The translations under genes were made by a program, and so were the position numbers. The notes under the pieces are model-generated. The model was not told where the DNA came from. It saw only the letters and a list, made by a program, of their open reading frames with translations, and made no database searches. From assembly GCA_049724395.1 (NCBI GenBank), contig JAUGWO010000040.1:1-64000 (forward strand): a stretch of DNA of 64,000 nt, read 5' to 3'. Below are positions 24,901 to 35,073 of the stretch, piece by piece. How positions within the stretch are numbered: the first letter of the stretch is position 1; every line of letters begins with the position of its first letter. This stretch comes from Spongospora subterranea f. sp. subterranea. Its lineage: Eukaryota.

Positions 24901-27900
24901 ACAGCAATTTATGATAAAACCATCGCTAGACAAAACGATGAGACACGATAAAAACATAAATCCGAAAAGGCACCGATCATGCGACGATTCCGACGACCAA
25001 CCCACTCAACGTGCCAAATATGAAAAACATCAAACGCACTCTAAACAAATCTGCACAAAAAAGCGAACATTGCTGATAGATAAGGACGGCACTGAAACGC
25101 AGTATAAAAGACGGCTTACCAACAGCGAGCGCCAATGCAAAGAAGTTGCAGACAATGAAACAGCGCGAAAAACAGCCTCAAAACAGACACCAACAAGCCA
25201 GATGAGCCACTACGAACTCACCAAATTGATCGGAAATATACTAGAACCAGACAACAAGGAAGACAATATAGCAGACACATCGGACAAAAACCTGAACGGA
25301 ACTAAAACACACAAACGGCAGATGAAAATAACTCAATATTTCATGAAAACCAATACCAAAACCAAAAAAATAAGAACAACCAGGAGCTTAAAAATCGCTC
25401 AATGGAACGCCTGCTCCCTAAGCGAACAAAAATCAAAAGAACTGTCTCGATTTGCTAACACCAACCGCGTCGATGTAATATGTATATCAGAACTTCACCA
25501 TAGACGCCAAGTAGACGATTTCCCAAACCACGAAGCCGATGACCGGTACACCCAAGCTGGAATTTTTTGGAGGGACCATGTAAATGTAGATGTGATGCGC
25601 ATTCCTGCAATACAAACGTTTGGGACCGACGGAATCATGACACAAATAGTAAAAATATATAGTGAAATGATATTAATTCACATATATATACCACCGGATA
25701 TAGATCGAAATACTAGAAAAACATATTGGAAACAAATCGGCAAATTCGTAGAAATGCGAGATGAACCGATACTTCTAACAGGTGACCTCAACACCAAAGA
25801 TAGACGGTTTGGAATCCACCATGACGAAACTCACAAATACCTAGACAGCATATTGGAAGAATGCAAATTGATGAACAACCCGGAACGCCCAACAAGAGGA
25901 AACAACTCATTAGATATCACCATTGCCAATCGACAGATGGCAAAGGAGATCTTACAATGGGACGTGCACGCAGAGCTAGGCAGTGACCATTCACCGACAA
26001 CAATAGATACTACAATTAGAAGAAAATCGACGCAAAGGATTCCCCCTAGCCGTAAAAGAATACAACGAATTGACACACGAGCGACAACGAAAGCGTTAGA
26101 AGAGGAACTGCAGAATGTTGAAAGCAAGAACATGGGACTAACAGCTTTCATTGAACTATTGCAAAATAGCATTAAGCACAAATATGTTAGACAGAATAGA
26201 TGCAAATTCTGGACCACGAAACTCAAAATTGCGTTAAACTTGCGAAATAAACTCAAGCGCAAACACCAGGAAGCCATACTGAAATGCAAAAGCCAGCAAT
26301 TTATTGCACGGCAGCACACCGAAATGCGAAAAGCGGAAATATCATTGAGGAAACAATTTCAGAAAGCGAAAAATGCAAGCCTTAGAACGGAAGTTAAACA
26401 GGCATGTATGGACGAAACAGGAGCCAAAATATGGAGCCTGGTAAAGAAGATAAGTCCTCAAACCAACAAACGGAGACGAAAGTACGAAACACAGAAAGTT
26501 GATGCAAAAGATGAAGCGGAAAAAATAGCTGACAGTTTTGAGGCAATCTACAGCGAAGCAGACCTTAACCTCAATGAGCATGAACAGCGTGAACACGATC
26601 TACTCATTGAAAAACTATGGAAAGAGAGAATCTCTCAACCACCGGAAAAGATTACTTTGAGAGAGCTAGAAAGGGCAGTTGTTAAGGCCAATAGGAAATC
26701 AGCAGGAGGAATTGATGGAATACCGAATAGTCTCATCAAAGAATTATGCAAAAATGATATGAACAAATACGCGTTGCTGAATTCAATTAATAACGATATT
26801 ATAGATTTAGGATACTTCCCACAAGATATGAAAATAGCGAAAATCAGACCATTACCTAAAGATAAACCAGGTGAATATAGACCGATATCATTATTGCCTA
26901 ATATAGCCAAACTGGTAGAAGGGATTATTGAACACAGAATAAGACACCAAGCGGAAAAGCACATACCTGATAACCAATTCGGGTGCAGACCCGCTCATAG
27001 TACTACGCATGCATTGTTAAGATTGCTGCATAATGCAGGATTAGCAGCTGCTAAAGAACAACAATTCGCCCTAATTGTATATGACTTTATGAAAGCCTTT
27101 GACAGAGTACAGAGAACACTACTAGTACGAAAGATGAGAAATATGGGAATAGACTCATACCTAATATTATTGATCGACCAATGGTTGACAAAGCGAATAT
27201 TCCACGTGTGCCACAGGAAAAATATTACAGAGCCGCATTATCAAGAGAACGGAATCCCTCAAGGATCCAGTATTAGCGTCTTATTATGGATTATATATAT
27301 CTACGATGCACCAATAGAAACGGTCAATAGTAATGTTTATGTAGATGATACCACACAATGGGCAACAGATTCAACCAAATGGGAAGTAAAAAATCAACTG
27401 AGGGCAGAGAGTTCAAAGCTGCAAAGCTGGTGCACAGCAAACCACATTAAGATACAATGGCTGAAAACCCACTTATTATTCAATGAACATGCTCATAGAG
27501 ACCAAATAACTGTCAACGAGCATAAAATCAAAACAACAGACACAATCAAGTATTTAGGGGCAACCTTAAGAGCAAATGATGAGAATCACCACTCAACAAT
27601 CAAAATCGATCTCAAAGAAGTAGCAAAGGACATTAAAACCAGATGCAAATTAATGAGAGGGCTACGAAAATATGGAATTCCAGTTTCGACCTTTCAAAAA
27701 ATATGTCGAGGATTCATAGGCGGAAACCTCAATTACTACCTGCCATGGCTTGCAGCGGAAATACACCAAACCATGAAGACCACTCTGAACCCGATGGAAA
27801 TTGCATATAGAGACTATATGAGAACATATACAGGATGTTTCCCATCGACACCAATCCCATTATTACATGCGATATCACGATTCCCATTATTAAAGGATAG

Positions 27901-29122
27901 AATAATCACAGAGACAACAATGACAGTACTTTCAGCACAGGCAAATGGCACATTATTAGGAAGTGAATATGCTGCCTGGAATGGAGATGGCGATGGATGG
28001 ACCCCATTAGGGGAGGTATGGAAAGCACTCAAAGAGAGAGTACCTGACACATATGATGCAGTTCATACTAGGACTGATATACCAGCACGAATATTGGAGG
28101 GATTATATAAGGTCAAATACCATTCCTCAAATAGGGAAAAAGCAATCAAAAAACACAAAAAAGGAAAGCTATTGCCGACAAACCCAGATATCGAACTATG
28201 GACAGATGGGAGTTTTAATAAGGATGTTGGCGGAGGAGCGGCAGCTCTGCTAATTGATTATACAAATAGAGATGAAAAAGGCGAGACCAACGAAGAGATA
28301 ATTACCGTTAAACTAGGAACAGAAGTGACATCATCATATGAATGTGAGATTATTGCACTGAATAGTGGACTAGATATAGCTGTAGACCAGAACTATGAGG
28401 GAAGACATATCCACATAATGACAGATTCCTTATCATGGATGAGTCAACTACAATCCTTACCGATAAAACCAAGGAGAGTGAACGCTATCGTTGCGGAATG
28501 TGCAGATAAATTAGCGAAATTAACAAAAGAAAACATGGTGGATATACACTTTATACCAAGTCACGTGGAAAACGACAACAATAATGAAGACGAGATGAAA
28601 GTCCCCATAGGACACAGCGATGACATTGATCAACTAGCAAAGCAAGCATCGATGGACGGCGATGAAATTCAACATGACCCATTTATATCATCGTTCAAAC
28701 TGTATCTTAAGAAAAGAGAGAGAGAAAACCTTAAAGATTACATCAAAGAACGAGTTCAAGCTAGCAGATTCAAAGGATACCCAGAAAGGGATAAATTTAA
28801 GATATTAATGACGCTAAACGAAAGGAAGATTGAACCTACAACCCCGCTTCTCAACAGAGCAAGAACTGGGCACTCTTGTGCAAGAAATCACCTGAAGAAC
28901 CTGAATATGGATGACAGTAACATATGCAGATGGTGTAATACGGAAATAGAGACGATTGAACATCAGGTGTTACACTGCAAGGCGTTACAAGGAAAGTTGA
29001 GTAAAGTCAGGAAAGAGTACAAAGGTTTGAACACCTCATCATTTGAAAATGCACTGTGGGAATACCCGCAAGAAATGAACAGGATCCTAAGAAGGGCAGT
29101 GAAAAAGAGGTGCTACATCTAG
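21989..29122 (+). CDS. LINE polyprotein: OTU-like protease (~24280-24760), APE endonuclease (~25390-26010), RT (~26640-27570), RNase H (~28190-28660), C-terminal CCHC
   Basis: GIGNCAFEAI...WGG.FEL...NHY; KIAQWNACSL, DVICISE, GDLN, SDH; YRPISLL, QFGCR, AFD, GIPQGS, YVDD, KYLG; WTDGS, E, TDS, D; CRWC...ETIEHQVLHC. The true ORF2 start may be the ATG at 23894. Confidence 0.9.
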   Translation: MLAAIDRVAGGGESAGTKGDSLGMPGGVVFLTMTRTLKCQLHSQFPLSLQSGPNFRTAVKSCSRRSLNTYHWYEMSGQVLVVNSCTDGKSFGSRYFTDRKIIRSRCCMNDSTDNTTIYWWLSDNITILWWQSDNTTIYWWQTDNTTINWWQSDNKTIYRWQWPKGTLVTLKLYWKYNAVIWWKLLVKTKYGPINRAKQGPQLTSTTINKTLTGTVYTPSNCTFWWKHKRTTTTKTRNNAPNNNDIQTHRSKSNTHKRTQNINETHNTDKSKTIKTTLRQNYIGIMNADVTNNISTMNESTISNVPQMTKGRCIRGIGILYVPVSLSKYIRGAIKPRTETLHLGIMQDVPMGTETNKEQTIGRKHPRDRATTSNATSDKTKKMKDKFIPRSMMNYNEAILMPKTQHEIETLLPELIQEIPWLMAKLKNDVTPMGTGTIIIKGLKIGTHRRIVKRIVTKLTPTTQDNTKPCNNTVGEKEFESDLHQSPNTTPAVKLLCKASHHTLLKTEWRYKAGKENNRTKLPKLEATLPCSNSRWQVMRSNVYRRERYIYSGNNTSPWPSKKRKYEYVKHATRLSASKKTNVARLPATYAVKLTWPTHAQRRIRMSLSALHARKRDIGPSNAHGVTCKSRFNKANMTKGHKKMSKMQIEFTYTESRSYDMLKEYTKTGRLWFVSLYRKAKILYCTPKLDAVPCDNQFFASLDTWNWNMVKLFPIRVWLNVKRGKKPNNSKVWKTSENKTLEQSTPYSGGNSKGLHTSCMVEIKNTKYVFRDVIGIGNCAFEAIRASGAIPNMTVQNLRKEICEFARNPEQGRTIAKKLKPYIGSLPNNDSIGLDEYLNIMSIDRQWGGLFELTIAAYKFKMNIIVVSQTNPTLITDIQKWIENTLPKSRDVTPWTKTIYLLHHKHGKPSTPMRHQDLNHYGTLFPIETTASEWNNSGMMTPDKCDLYIDQYKLSNKTDSSATQNVRNDNSKQQFMIKPSLDKTMRHDKNINPKRHRSCDDSDDQPTQRAKYEKHQTHSKQICTKKRTLLIDKDGTETQYKRRLTNSERQCKEVADNETARKTASKQTPTSQMSHYELTKLIGNILEPDNKEDNIADTSDKNLNGTKTHKRQMKITQYFMKTNTKTKKIRTTRSLKIAQWNACSLSEQKSKELSRFANTNRVDVICISELHHRRQVDDFPNHEADDRYTQAGIFWRDHVNVDVMRIPAIQTFGTDGIMTQIVKIYSEMILIHIYIPPDIDRNTRKTYWKQIGKFVEMRDEPILLTGDLNTKDRRFGIHHDETHKYLDSILEECKLMNNPERPTRGNNSLDITIANRQMAKEILQWDVHAELGSDHSPTTIDTTIRRKSTQRIPPSRKRIQRIDTRATTKALEEELQNVESKNMGLTAFIELLQNSIKHKYVRQNRCKFWTTKLKIALNLRNKLKRKHQEAILKCKSQQFIARQHTEMRKAEISLRKQFQKAKNASLRTEVKQACMDETGAKIWSLVKKISPQTNKRRRKYETQKVDAKDEAEKIADSFEAIYSEADLNLNEHEQREHDLLIEKLWKERISQPPEKITLRELERAVVKANRKSAGGIDGIPNSLIKELCKNDMNKYALLNSINNDIIDLGYFPQDMKIAKIRPLPKDKPGEYRPISLLPNIAKLVEGIIEHRIRHQAEKHIPDNQFGCRPAHSTTHALLRLLHNAGLAAAKEQQFALIVYDFMKAFDRVQRTLLVRKMRNMGIDSYLILLIDQWLTKRIFHVCHRKNITEPHYQENGIPQGSSISVLLWIIYIYDAPIETVNSNVYVDDTTQWATDSTKWEVKNQLRAESSKLQSWCTANHIKIQWLKTHLLFNEHAHRDQITVNEHKIKTTDTIKYLGATLRANDENHHSTIKIDLKEVAKDIKTRCKLMRGLRKYGIPVSTFQKICRGFIGGNLNYYLPWLAAEIHQTMKTTLNPMEIAYRDYMRTYTGCFPSTPIPLLHAISRFPLLKDRIITETTMTVLSAQANGTLLGSEYAAWNGDGDGWTPLGEVWKALKERVPDTYDAVHTRTDIPARILEGLYKVKYHSSNREKAIKKHKKGKLLPTNPDIELWTDGSFNKDVGGGAAALLIDYTNRDEKGETNEEIITVKLGTEVTSSYECEIIALNSGLDIAVDQNYEGRHIHIMTDSLSWMSQLQSLPIKPRRVNAIVAECADKLAKLTKENMVDIHFIPSHVENDNNNEDEMKVPIGHSDDIDQLAKQASMDGDEIQHDPFISSFKLYLKKRERENLKDYIKERVQASRFKGYPERDKFKILMTLNERKIEPTTPLLNRARTGHSCARNHLKNLNMDDSNICRWCNTEIETIEHQVLHCKALQGKLSKVRKEYKGLNTSSFENALWEYPQEMNRILRRAVKKRCYI
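22321..22470 (+). repeat. Five 30-bp imperfect repeats near the LINE 5' end
   Basis: (a/t)ccgacaataccaccatttattggtggca-type units, encoding DNTTIYWWQS-like repeats in the long ORF. Confidence 0.85.
23344..23871 (+). CDS. LINE ORF1 (gag-like) C-terminal part with three Cys/His knuckles, in the -1 frame overlapping the long ORF
   Basis: Open from the stop at 23341-23343 to 23871: RKVIVQGIP, CETCYQIEC, CYICSEAHMADSC, CITCQEEGHWAIQC. Confidence 0.8.
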   Translation, partial: KNSNETNSNHSGQYKALQQYCGRKGIRIRPTSESKHDTSRKVIVQGIPPYLIKNGMAIQGWKGKQPDKATQIGSNTTMFQFQMASDAKQCLSQGTVHIFGKQYKPLAFQKKEIRVCETCYQIECLQKNKCGKIACYICSEAHMADSCPKKNKDEPKCITCQEEGHWAIQCPWRYL

Positions 29123-29680
29123 AACCACAGGAACCCGAATCCGAATACACGAGCAGAAAATGCACTGTGGGAATACCCGCAAGAAATGAACAGGATCCTA
29201 AGAAGGGCAGACGGCGATCGAGACAGTGAGAGAGAAGAGGCAGCCTAGATAAATAGTTTCCGAAGAGGAGTAAAACCTCGATAAAAAATCAGCTACCTAA
29301 CCGTAGCGAAGAGGTGCTACCTCTCTAAATACAGGCCGAAGAGGAGGACAACCTCTATGCAAAAACCGAGCTGTCTAGTAAGGATGCGACCTGGTTAGGC
29401 CAAAGGGTGTTCCTTAGGGAATTTTTAGTGTCCCGGATACAGAGTTTTCCGGGTACGTTTTTTAGTTGGGACGGAATATGTAGGACTATTCTAACCCCAC
29501 ACTACCCTTTGCGTCGACCAAAATGCTGAACTACCGGCGAAGGTCTATATTTCGGGTGCGAGCCTGATACTGGGAGGAGTTTCTGAGACGCGAGTCGAAG
29601 AAACGAATCTTGGCCCAATAGCCGTGGGACCGGCCGACCTGCATGAAAAGTGCAAACTCAATCACAAAAAAAAAAAAAAA

Positions 29681-30070
29681 TCTCAAATGCGGAATGCAAT
29701 TGAGAGAATTTTCGGGATACTGAAGCGTAGGTTTCCCATAATCGTCCACGCTCCAGAGTTTTCTCTTGAAATGCAGGCGCATTTGTTCATTGCGTGCTGT
29801 GTGTTGCACAATTTCATACGGATGTCTGGTGGCGCGGGGGATCTAATCGAGCAACAGGTACGTCTGATCTGAATTTTTGCTTATAAACTGACTCTCTTTT
29901 CATAGGCTGACCTGGAAATGGAGAAATCTGCCACTGTAGCCGATATTACCTCCGATACAGTGTGCGAAATTACAGAAGCATCAACCGAGGCAAAGCTAAT
30001 GCGGGACGGCATTGCAGCAGCAATGTGGTGTCAATACCAGACTATTTTGGATAATCGCCAAAAAATTTAT
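29681..30070 (+). pseudogene. PIF/Harbinger transposase C-terminal fragment
   Basis: RNAIERIFGILKRRFPI...ACCVLHNFIR, then a probable intron (~29858-29904), then MRDGIAAAMW. The N-terminal part is replaced by the LINE. Confidence 0.85.
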
Positions 30071-31142
30071 TCCATGGTCAACTCGCTTTGCAACCAAGCG
30101 TCTCTTAGTTTGCCTGGAGCCATAGCGGTAAAAAGAGCTGCTTTGTTGGCGTCCAACATCAAATTGAAAGCTTTTATCATATCCGGTTCAGAAAACTTGT
30201 AAGATTCTTGGAGAATCTTTACGGCGTTGTGCCCGTGAGTGACGGTTGGCTGACTATTCAGCCCATTGATTGCTTGTGCAAGCAAAGACGCGCCGGTCAC
30301 CCGAACTCTGCCAGCAGATTCTGGAGTTGAAGCATGCATCTGAGTGGATGGCTTGCTTTTCTTGATAATTTTCTTCGGCATCGGGTCAGGCAATGACGCT
30401 CTTTTTTTTTGGTTGAATTCTGGAAGTTAATGGAGACACAAATCGATCATCAAATGAATCTTCGTGCTCGTCTTGATAAAAAGATTCCGCAGCAGCATCA
30501 TCATTGCCTGATGATGATGACGATGACAACGATCCTGACGATGATGACTGAATTTCGCGAGAATGGCTGTCAATTTGGAAAAATCCATCCGATGCCAGAG
30601 ATCGAGAGCCGGTCGCTGATGCTCCAACGAAAAGCTCTTCCAACTCGTTAAACAGGGGCAGAGTCGTTGTCCTGTACGGTTTTGCCTGTGGGTGCACCTG
30701 TACGTAGTAGTTTGATTAATTCATGGAATCATTTCAAAGATTGGGGACCAACACGAAGGTATGCGTCCCACACAGAATCGGACGCTGTGGGAATCTGGCG
30801 AACTTCGTCCCAGCCAAAGTCACTATTGTTTTTCACGCGGGAAAACGTAGAGTGGCACTTCTTCAGCTGGAAACAGTCTGAAAAAAGTACAATTTATGGT
30901 TGCCATACTCTTACTTGTTTGATCCTTGTTTTCATTTTTTCTACACTATAGTCAGTGTGGAAACGCTGATTGAAAGAAGCATGGACATAGGTCCATGCTT
31001 CTTTCTTAAAGCCAGTATCAGCCCGTTTTCCATTATTAGCTTGCTGAATCAACAGCGCCACCAAGGCTTCATCCTTGTCCAGGTTCCACGCGACTCTACT
31101 CGTTGTCTTCGTTCTGGGACTAGAGATGTGGAGTCGACTCAA
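30067..31142 (-). CDS. Harbinger-associated Myb/SANT-like DNA-binding protein (introns or frameshifts)
   Basis: WNLDKDEALVALL...GFKKEAW, GWDE, WDAY, HPQAKPYR..LPLFNELEELF.GASATG; convergent with the Harbinger transposase. Confidence 0.82.
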
Positions 31143-31832
31143 TGACTCGACTCGACTCCAAATTTTGCTGAGTGACTCCGAATCAATTTACAAATCTGCC
31201 TATCGTTCAATCGCTCAACCATAATAATATATTTCTATTAGAGGGTAAGTTTAAGCCAGACCGATTGTAAGTCGCAGACTGCATAAACACTGTCATCTCC
31301 GAGGCGTGCGCGCCTCTTCAAAACGTTTGTCCCCGCTCTTGTAAAAGCCTGTTCACTGGGAACCGACGTGGACATAATGCTTAAATAATCTTTGGCCGTC
31401 AATGACACTCTGGGATACATGGAACAATTGAGTTTAAACCAAAGCAGAACGTCTCGACTGGACTGCTCGATTGACATGTTCGTGTGGGAAACGACTCTGA
31501 ACAGTTGTCGGACGTGCGCGGAATGTCGTTAGAGATGGAGCTTCAATGAGCTTGCTCTTCTTCTTTGCAAAACACTTCTAAAGAAGAGCATCTGTCGAGT
31601 CCGTTTTCATTGTCGCCCCTGAACACTATTCGTCAAAACTTGAAACAATTAGATCTGCTAACCTATTTATGTACTTTGTCGTATGTATGAACTCCACGAG
31701 AGCCTTCGCGTAGTTAACATCAATACCACAATTGGCTAAACTGCATTTTACCCTGGGATCGAGCAATGGGGAAATTGTAAAGCCCGTTTAACCTCACTCG
31801 TTACTAATCAATTTCCCGTGCAAATTGCAGTT

Positions 31833-32130
31833 CTCTCCCATAACTGCAATTGCCTTTATGCCCTCTTGACTGGTCGGCTTATCCCTGACTACGTCTCTCC
31901 CATAACTGCAATTGCCTTTATGCCCTCTTGACTGGTCGGCTTATCCCTGCCTACGTCTCTCCCATAACTGCAATTGCCTTTATGCCCTCTTGACTGGTCG
32001 GGTTATCCCTGCCTACGTCTCTCCCATAACTGCAATTGCCTTTATGCCCTCTTGACTGGTCGGCTTATCCCTGCCTACGTCTCTCCCATAACTGCAATTG
32101 CCTTTATGCCCTCTTGACTGGTCGGGTTAT
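31833..32130. repeat. 62-bp tandem repeat, ~5 copies, inside the hAT coding region
   Basis: ctctcccataactgcaattgcc at 31833, 31895, 31957, 32019 and 32081. Confidence 0.93.
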
Positions 32131-32911
32131 CCTAGACTACATCCAGTCCTTCTCGTTAGACTGCTTTGATGCCTTATTTAAAGCCCCAACATTATCAAAT
32201 AAACTTCATTCTACTTCCTTGTCCTTTGCTTGCCATAGCTTCCCCGCCACGTGAGCTTGGCTTGAATAGCAACAGCGAAAGCTTTTGCGTGCTGTGAACG
32301 GAATCCATTTGCTGATGCAACGGTTTGATTGACGTGCTGCTGAATGTGAAAGACGACTGGGACAGCCAGCCCAAAGGGTTGGATAGGTTGAGGCTGACAT
32401 CAACTCTGTTGCATCTTCAAACGGCTCGAGAAAAGAGCAAAAGTCCTTGATGGTGTTCCACGATATGTTATCGATGGGCCTAGCCAGGAAATCTGATGGC
32501 CCAATGGTGAAAGCTGTGTCACACTCAAATCCCTCACTGATTCTTTTTAGTGTTCATCGACAGGCTTTCGAAGGTGCAATGCTGTCTTCAGCATGTCAAA
32601 AGTGCTGTTCCATCTTGTTTCACAATCCAATTAAAGTAAGATAGACGGTGCATTCAGTGCATTACGAATCTCCTGGAATGCTTCCATTAGCTTTGGTGAA
32701 TCAGATATGTTATTTGATACCTTACGGATGGGACCTGTTGCTGCATCGACAGCAGGAGCATTCTTAAGTCCATCTTTAACGGCTACCTGTAAGACATGTG
32801 CACGACTTGTTGATCTTCACCATGGTCTACAGCAACAGTATTCGAATTCTCAGATGCCTCATCGTCAACCGACCCCGATGTGCGATCTTCAGCAATAGAT
32901 CGCAAATGTTC

Positions 32912-33136
32912 TGTCGTGCCGACCACATACCCCCTTGGTACCTTTCGATCCTTTCGCTCTCTTGTTCTCCTACTCTCTTTTCAACCTAATAAACGGATCC
33001 ACTTCCGCTTAAAAAAAGATGTTGTGTCCGGGGAAGAGTAAGTGGAAGTGGATCCGTTTATTAGGTTGAAAAGAGAGTAGGAGAACAAGAGAGCGATAGG
33101 ATCGAAAGGTACCAAGGGGGTATGGTCGGCACGACA
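32912..33136. mobile_element. MITE with ~95-bp TIRs, TGTCG...CGACA termini and 5-bp TSD (TGTTC)
   Basis: Near-perfect inverted arms; tgttc at 32907-32911 and 33137-33141. Confidence 0.88.
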
Positions 33137-33685
33137 TGTTCCTTATGCAAATCGTTGTAATTCTTCGTCAACGCGGGATTTGTTGATGCATTGTCTGCAG
33201 TTATCGTCCACACAGATGAAAGCAAATCAGGATGCATGTCGATAAGACAGTTATAAGGCAACTGCCAGACGCTCAGAGGTGTGAGGATGGAGCACTCGGA
33301 TGAATCCAGCAATGATAGACACAATTTCCCAATTGTCGTCAATACATGTAAAGTCACGACCATATACCCTACAAGCGCTCAAGTATGGTAACTACAAAAG
33401 AAAAATAAGTTAAATGTACAAACATCTCTTAGCGGAAGAAGTCCACATGACTTGAGAGTAGTGATGCTAAACTTGCGATTCATGATGTGCCTTAAAAGAA
33501 ATAAGCGAACTTTGACACGGGTTGCTTCCCAATTCTTCAGAATCCTGCTCCCCACTGTATCTCTGGACGGCACTACATAACGATCTTCCCTACCACACTG
33601 TTCCCGCGCCCCCCTCAACCAATTATTATCCAGTCGATTCCTGAGACGCGTCAACAATCGTTATTATCCTCTCCCAAAGTTAGCC

Positions 33686-34039
33686 ATGGGCCAAGTGTAC
33701 GTACTGCGCCTGGAAGGCGACAATATCTATGTCGGCCAATCCGACGACGCCGAAACTCGAGTCAGCAAACACTTCCGGGGAAGTGGGAGCGCATGGACAA
33801 AGCTCCATGCGCCACTGTCCGTCGAAGAGATTCGTCCCATGCAGAACGATTTCAACGAGGACAACGTCGTGAAAGAGTACATGATGAAATACGGTGTCGA
33901 TAAGGTCCGAGGAGGATTTTATAGCCAGCTCCGCCTTGACGAGAGCTCGCTAGCGTCCCTGGAGAAGGAAATCAGAAGCGCCACCAATGCCTGCTTCAGG
34001 TGCGGGGGTTCGAACCACTTTTCGTCATACTGTTCCTAG
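33686..34039 (+). CDS. GIY-YIG-type nuclease with C-terminal CCHC zinc knuckle
   Basis: VYVLRLE...IYVG...R..KH...GSAWT...NED...KEYM.KYG.D.VRGG, then CFRCGGSNHFSSYC. A K/T/P-rich tail continues in another frame to 34307. Confidence 0.8.
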   Translation: MGQVYVLRLEGDNIYVGQSDDAETRVSKHFRGSGSAWTKLHAPLSVEEIRPMQNDFNEDNVVKEYMMKYGVDKVRGGFYSQLRLDESSLASLEKEIRSATNACFRCGGSNHFSSYCS

Positions 34040-34579
34040 TCGGTGCAAACGCAGCACAGCGAAGACAGGTGCTGAAAGCAACAGTCCACCAGCCAGCACG
34101 AAGAAGCTCAATTCGGCAGGTGTCAAACGTGATAAGCCGGCAGCCACGATCAAGAAGCCCACCCCAATTCAACGCGGAAGGGCGACACTCGCATATGGTC
34201 GAACTCCCAAACCGACTACCGCGATCAAGCAGAACATCCCGGATAAGGTCTCGCTTCCCAAGTCCAAAACCGCCCCAACGAAGGCGCCGAGGTTTGTGTA
34301 TTATTGACGGAGATAACTCTTGTACTCAACGTTGTTTCATTGCTATAAACGACATTCCTTGCTTCGTCTGGACAACAGTGCTTTACAAGTGTTAGTCGAA
34401 CTCGAGCATTCCTCGCTCAAGAAGTTGACGACATCAGCCAGATCATTTTCTCATTTTCAATGTTTAGAAACATTAATCGAATCTCATGGCTGTTAAGGAA
34501 CGGCTCGAAGACAAGAACGAATCGGAGCAAACCCAGGGAGAAGCAAATTGAAGACAGGGTGTGTTCGGGTTATCCCGCG

Positions 34580-35073
34580 TGTGGTGTCCGGGTAAAAATG
34601 GAGAATAAGCGGAAGTGGATCCGTTTATTAGGTAGTAATGAGAATAGGAGAATAGGAAAGTGAAAGGATCAAAAGGTACGATAGAGGACAATAAAGGATC
34701 AAACAGTACGAGAGAGGAGAGGACGGTAGAGTCGGGCATAGAGGAAGGTAGAGTCGGGCATAGAGGAAGGTAGAGTCGGACATAGAGGAAGGTAGAGTCG
34801 GGCATAGAGGAAGGTAGAGTCGGGCATAGAGGAAGGTAGAGTCGGGCATAGAGGAAGGTAGAGTCGGACATAGCGGAAGGTAGAGTCGGGCATTGAGGAA
34901 GGTAGAGTCGGGCATAGAGGAAGGTAGAGTCGGGCATAGAGGAAGGTAGAGTCGGGCATTGAGGAAGGTAGAGTCGGACATAGAGGAAGGTAGAGTCGGG
35001 GATAGAGGAAGGTAGAGTCGGGCATAGAGGAAGGTAGAGTCGGGGATAGAGGAAGGTAGAGTCGGGCACGACA
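34580..35073. mobile_element. Right end of an element related to the 32912-33136 MITE, with a 22-bp subterminal array (~15 copies)
   Basis: Shares ggaagtggatccgtttattaggt and the gcacgaca terminus; array unit tagaggaaggtagagtcgggca at ~34725-35068. Confidence 0.75.

Larger units (their letters stand above)
22320..29680 (+). mobile_element. Non-LTR retrotransposon (LINE; I-group-like: gag knuckles, APE, RT, RNase H, CCHC) ending in poly(A); 5' boundary uncertain
   Basis: Domain content of ORF 21989-29122, a ~550-nt 3' UTR, and an A-tract ending at ~29680 that abuts a Harbinger transposase fragment. No TSD found. Confidence 0.9.
31238..33660 (-). pseudogene. hAT transposase pseudogene interrupted by a tandem repeat and a MITE
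   Basis: C-terminal dimerisation motif WFK...YPRVSLTAKDYLSIMSTSVPSEQAF..AG...RARL; ITADNASTN; S.STYPTL; VPSRDTV. Confidence 0.85.

Noticed and set aside
29570..29610. Hammerhead ribozyme in the LINE 3' UTR (ctga...gaaac)
   Set aside because: The CUGANGA core is not matched and the required stems could not be built.
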